DNA of 64,000 nucleotides from an uncultured Gammaproteobacteria bacterium (GTDB lineage Bacteria; Pseudomonadota; Gammaproteobacteria; Xanthomonadales; Rhodanobacteraceae): NCBI GenBank assembly GCA_963834755.1, contig CAWICQ010000001.1, positions 59,566 to 123,565 of the forward strand, read 5' to 3'. Shown piece by piece: positions 60,526 to 64,000 of this stretch (position 1 is its first letter; each line of letters starts with the position of its first letter). The notes under the pieces were generated by a model. It saw only the letters and a program-made list of their open reading frames with translations, ran no database searches and was not told where the DNA came from. The position numbers and the translations under genes were made by a program.

Positions 60526-61656
60526 ATGCCGGTTGCCGTGGCGGTAGTGCGCGAAAGCGCCGCGGGCGAACGCCGCGTCGCGGTGACGCCGGAGACGGCG
60601 AAGAAGCTCAAATCGCGCGGCGCGGAAGTCGTTGTCGAGCGCGGCGCCGGCGCATCAGCCTACTTCGCCGACGGCGCGTACGTGGACTGCGAAACGGCTT
60701 CGGACGCGCGCGCCGCGCTGGCGCGTGCGGATGTGCTGCTCAAGGTGCAGCCGCCGACCTTGGACGAGATCGCCGCACTGAAAGAGGGCGCCGTCGTCAT
60801 CGCGCAGCTGCAGCCGCACCTCGCGCCGGAGCGCACGCGCGCGCTGCGCGATCGCAAGATCACCGCGTTCGCAATGGAATTGTTGCCGCGCACGACGCGC
60901 GCGCAGGCGATGGATGTGCTGTCGTCGCAGGCCGCCGTCGCGGGTTACAAAGCCGTGTTGATCGCGGCCGAAGCGGCGCCGAAGTTTTTTCCGATGCTGA
61001 CCACGGCGGCCGGAACGATACGTCCGTCGAAGGTGTTGATCGTCGGCGCCGGCGTCGCCGGCTTGCAGGCGATCGCGACGGCGCGGCGACTCGGTGCGCA
61101 GGTCGAAGGCTTCGACGTGCGCCCGGAAACGAAAGAGCAGATCGAATCGCTCGGCGCGAAATTCCTCGATCTCGGCGTCAGCGCCGCCGGCAGCGGCGGT
61201 TATGCGCGCGAGCTCACGCAGGAAGAACGCGATCGTCAGCAGCAGGCGTTGGCCGAACACCTCAAGGGCCTCGATGTTGTCATCACGACGGCGGCCGTGC
61301 CGGGCCGCAAGGCGCCGCGCATCGTCAGCGCCGCGATGGTCGCCGGCATGAAGCCCGGCGCAGTCATCGTCGACATCGCTGCAGAAACCGGCGGCAATGT
61401 CGAGATCACCGAAGCGGGCAAGACGATTGTCAGCGCGAACGGCGTCAGCGTGATCGGAACGGGGAACCTTCCCGCGAGCGCGCCGGTGCACGCGAGCGAG
61501 ATGTATGCGCGCAATCTCTACAATTTTCTCGAGTTGAGCTTGAAGGACGGCGCCTTGAATCTCGACTGGAACGACGAATTGATCGCGAAGACGTGTGTGA
61601 CGCACGCCGGCGAGATCAGGAACGAAGCGGCAAAGAAGCTGGTGGAAGCCGCTTAG
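60526..61656 (+). CDS. pntA: NAD(P) transhydrogenase alpha-1 subunit
   Basis: ERRVAVTP, RAQAMDVLSSQ, GAGVAGLQA, TTAAVPG, ASEMYARN. Confidence 0.95.
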   Translation: MPVAVAVVRESAAGERRVAVTPETAKKLKSRGAEVVVERGAGASAYFADGAYVDCETASDARAALARADVLLKVQPPTLDEIAALKEGAVVIAQLQPHLAPERTRALRDRKITAFAMELLPRTTRAQAMDVLSSQAAVAGYKAVLIAAEAAPKFFPMLTTAAGTIRPSKVLIVGAGVAGLQAIATARRLGAQVEGFDVRPETKEQIESLGAKFLDLGVSAAGSGGYARELTQEERDRQQQALAEHLKGLDVVITTAAVPGRKAPRIVSAAMVAGMKPGAVIVDIAAETGGNVEITEAGKTIVSANGVSVIGTGNLPASAPVHASEMYARNLYNFLELSLKDGALNLDWNDELIAKTCVTHAGEIRNEAAKKLVEAA

Positions 61657-61699
61657 AGATGGTCGGCACCAAAAATCATCCGTCGTCCTGCAAAAGAAT

Positions 61700-61730
61700 T
61701 TCCCCTCTCCCGCAAGCGGAAGAGGGGGAA
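61700..61730. repeat. CCCTCTCCC...GAGGG REP-like hairpin
   Basis: TTCCCCTCTCCCGCAAGCGGAAGAGGGGGAA inside the pnt operon. Confidence 0.6.
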
Positions 61731-61803
61731 AGAAAAGCGCTTTTTCGGGGATGACGATCAATGTGAATCGGCTCTGGAATGGAATGGACTGCGGAGCAAC
61801 GAA

Positions 61804-62100
61804 ATGATCGACGGTTTTCTCGCGCTCTACATCTTCATGCTCGCCGCGTTCACCGGCAAGGAAATCATCGGGCGCGTGCCGGTGATCCTGCACACGCCGC
61901 TGATGTCGGGTTCGAACTTCGTGCACGGCATTGTGCTGGTCGGCGCAATGGTTGCGCTGGCGCAGGCAGATTCGCCGCTGGCGATCGCGATCGGTTTCAT
62001 CGGCGTCGTGCTCGGCGCCGGCAATGCGGCCGGCGGTTATGTCGTCACCGAGCGCATGCTCGAGATGTTCAAGTCCAGCAAAGACACGAAGAAGGTCTGA
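61804..62100 (+). CDS. NAD(P) transhydrogenase alpha-2 (membrane) subunit
   Basis: LHTPLMSGSNFVHG, GGYVVTERML.MFK. Confidence 0.93.
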   Translation: MIDGFLALYIFMLAAFTGKEIIGRVPVILHTPLMSGSNFVHGIVLVGAMVALAQADSPLAIAIGFIGVVLGAGNAAGGYVVTERMLEMFKSSKDTKKV

Positions 62101-62108
62101 ACGCATCC

Positions 62109-63518
62109 ATGGATACGCAGACGCTGCTCGTCTACCTCGCCAAGGCAAGCTATTTCCTCGCCGCGGTGCTGTTCATTCTCGGCATCAAGCGCATGTCCTC
62201 GCCGGTGACGGCGCGCAAGGGCATCGTGCAGGCCGGCATCGGCATGGTGATCGCGACGCTGGCGACATTCGCGATCACCGGCGGACACAATCTCTGGCTG
62301 ATCATCGCCGGCATCGCGATCGGCGTCGTGCCGACCTGGCTCTGGGGCAAGAAGGTCGCGATGACCGACATGCCACAGATGGTTGCGCTGTTCAACGGCA
62401 TGGGCGGCGGATCGGCGGCGGCGATCGGCGCCGGCGAGTTGCTGAAATTTACGCAGCCCGGTGCGGAAACGCCGGCGCTCGTGACACTTGCGCTGGCGGT
62501 CGTCGGCGCGCTGATCGGCTCGATCTCGATGACCGGCTCGATCATCGCCTGGGCCAAGCTCGACGGGCGCATGGACAAACGCTTCACGTTCGGCGGCCAG
62601 CAGATCGTCAATTTCGCGGTGTTGGCAGCGGCCGTGCTCGCGGGTGCGGCGATCGTGTTCTGGAAACTCGATGCGAATCTCGTCGTCGTGTTCTTCCTGC
62701 TCGCGCTTGCGTTCGGCGTATTGATGACGTTGCCGATCGGTGGTGCGGACATGCCGGTCGTGATCTCCCTCTACAACGCGCTGACGGGTCTTGCGGTCGC
62801 GTTCGAAGGTTATGTGATGCAGATCGAGGCGCTGATCATCGCCGGCACCGTGGTCGGCGCGGCCGGCACGTTCCTGACCCAGCTGATGGCGAAGGCGATG
62901 AATCGTCCGATCAGCAATGTGCTCTTTTCCAATTTTGGCGGCGGCGGCGGCGCAACCGAGATCGCCGGCTCGCAAAAGCCCATCGAAGCGAGCGACGCGG
63001 CCTCGCTGCTCTATCTCGCCGACAAGGTCATCATCGTGCCGGGTTACGGCATGGCCGTCGCGCAGGCGCAGCACAAGATCTGGGAGCTGTCGCAGGCGCT
63101 GATCAAGGCCGGCAAGGACGTCAAGTTCGCGATCCATCCGGTCGCCGGCCGCATGCCCGGCCACATGAACGTGCTGCTCGCCGAAGCCGGCGTTCCGTAC
63201 GATCTGATCGCCGATATGGACGAGATCAATCCCGAGTTCAAGACCTGCGATGTCGCGATCGTGATCGGCGCGAACGACGTGGTGAATCCGGCCGCGAAGA
63301 CCGACAAGTCATCGCCGATCTACGGCATGCCGATTCTGGATGTCGTCGATGCGAGACAAGTGATCGTGATCAAGCGCGGCAAAGGCACCGGATTCGCGGG
63401 CATCGAGAATGCGCTGTTCTATCAGGACAACACGCGCATGTTGTACGGCGACGGCAAGGAAGCGGCGAATCGCCTGATCTCGGAGCTCAAGGCGATTGAA
63501 GGCGGCGGCGGACACTGA
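62109..63518 (+). CDS. pntB: NAD(P) transhydrogenase beta subunit
   Basis: MPQMVALFNG.GG, GGADMPVVISL, VPGYGMAVAQAQH, HPVAGRMPGHMNVLLAEA. Confidence 0.96.
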   Translation: MDTQTLLVYLAKASYFLAAVLFILGIKRMSSPVTARKGIVQAGIGMVIATLATFAITGGHNLWLIIAGIAIGVVPTWLWGKKVAMTDMPQMVALFNGMGGGSAAAIGAGELLKFTQPGAETPALVTLALAVVGALIGSISMTGSIIAWAKLDGRMDKRFTFGGQQIVNFAVLAAAVLAGAAIVFWKLDANLVVVFFLLALAFGVLMTLPIGGADMPVVISLYNALTGLAVAFEGYVMQIEALIIAGTVVGAAGTFLTQLMAKAMNRPISNVLFSNFGGGGGATEIAGSQKPIEASDAASLLYLADKVIIVPGYGMAVAQAQHKIWELSQALIKAGKDVKFAIHPVAGRMPGHMNVLLAEAGVPYDLIADMDEINPEFKTCDVAIVIGANDVVNPAAKTDKSSPIYGMPILDVVDARQVIVIKRGKGTGFAGIENALFYQDNTRMLYGDGKEAANRLISELKAIEGGGGH

Positions 63519-63545
63519 TCTCGATCGGACCGTTCGCCCTCGCTG

Positions 63546-63995
63546 TCAGTCGCGGCGTGGCGCCCGCACTGCCCAAAGCGTTCCAATCGCCGCGACGATG
63601 AGCGCCAGCGCGACGATGGCCATGCCGCCCGCATCGAGATTCGCCCACGCGATGTCGATCGCCATGCGCGGCGCCATCTGCAGCAGCGCATCGCGCATCG
63701 GCAGGCCAAGCAGCGATGCGACCTGCGCAGTCGCCTGCAAGTAAAGCGAATACGCACACGCGAACGCGACGCATACGACCGCGATGGCCGCGCCCGAGAC
63801 GCGTCCGGCGAATCCGTGCGCGCGAAGCGCCCACACCACGCCGGCGGCGACCGGCAGCGACAGCGCCATCAGATCGTGGCGCGCGTACAACGCAAGCAGG
63901 CACCAGACCGCGCCGCCGGCGAGTGCGCACATGAACGCGGTCGCGACGCCGATCCAATACCGTGCTGCAGAGCGGGCTGCGGTTTGCTGCGCCAT
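63546..63995 (-). CDS. Hypothetical membrane protein
   Basis: Four hydrophobic helices; no family recognised. Confidence 0.65.
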   Translation of the reverse strand: MAQQTAARSAARYWIGVATAFMCALAGGAVWCLLALYARHDLMALSLPVAAGVVWALRAHGFAGRVSGAAIAVVCVAFACAYSLYLQATAQVASLLGLPMRDALLQMAPRMAIDIAWANLDAGGMAIVALALIVAAIGTLWAVRAPRRD

Positions 63996-64000
63996 CCGGC

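Noticed and set aside
61779-63518. 579-aa extended PntB or alpha2-beta fusion
   Set aside because: The extension overlaps the alpha-2 gene in another frame; PntB starts at 62109.

Overview
GC-rich bacterial chromosome segment. The right-hand backbone (tRNA-Phe, yggX, mutY, ftsY, rsmD, coaD, ferredoxin, ggt, 5'-3' exonuclease, nitroreductase, pntAB) points to Xanthomonadales, probably Rhodanobacteraceae; this is inferred from gene order. There are four blocks. (1) 1-13.1 kb: an uncharacterised lipid/amino-lipid cluster with a desaturase, HAD phosphatase, class III aminotransferase, NodE/NodF-like KAS/ACP, two ArnE/F-like small transporters, a FemAB-like GNAT, an alpha/beta hydrolase, an arginase-fold enzyme and a GT4. 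(2) 13.7-38.9 kb: a self-contained low-oxygen island with ccoNOQP-GHIS, five USPs, a BON protein, an archaeal-type AMP phosphorylase plus PRPP-synthase paralogue, a beta-CASP nuclease, MaoC-Pta/AckA, a GNAT and an ADH. Seven well-positioned TTGAT-N4-ATCAA-type boxes serve these genes. The island also encodes a Cys-less FixK-type regulator preceded by a GTTACN-N4-GTTACA 'K-box', next to a heme-PAS-like hybrid kinase and an OmpR-family regulator, which resembles the rhizobial hFixL-FxkR-FixK cascade. (3) 39-43.6 kb: a decayed, A/T-richer defence islet at the tRNA-Phe 3' end, holding frameshifted Mrr-like and restriction/N6-methylase genes cut by a degenerate IS3. (4) 43.9-64 kb: backbone, including a BlaI/M56 pair with seven exact 34-aa repeats, a head-to-head pair of ~280-bp structured repeats with compensatory stem changes, and inverted heptamer arrays. 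No CRISPR array, rRNA or integrase was seen. Start codons were picked by eye from RBS and overlap patterns, and family calls come from motif recognition, not database searches.
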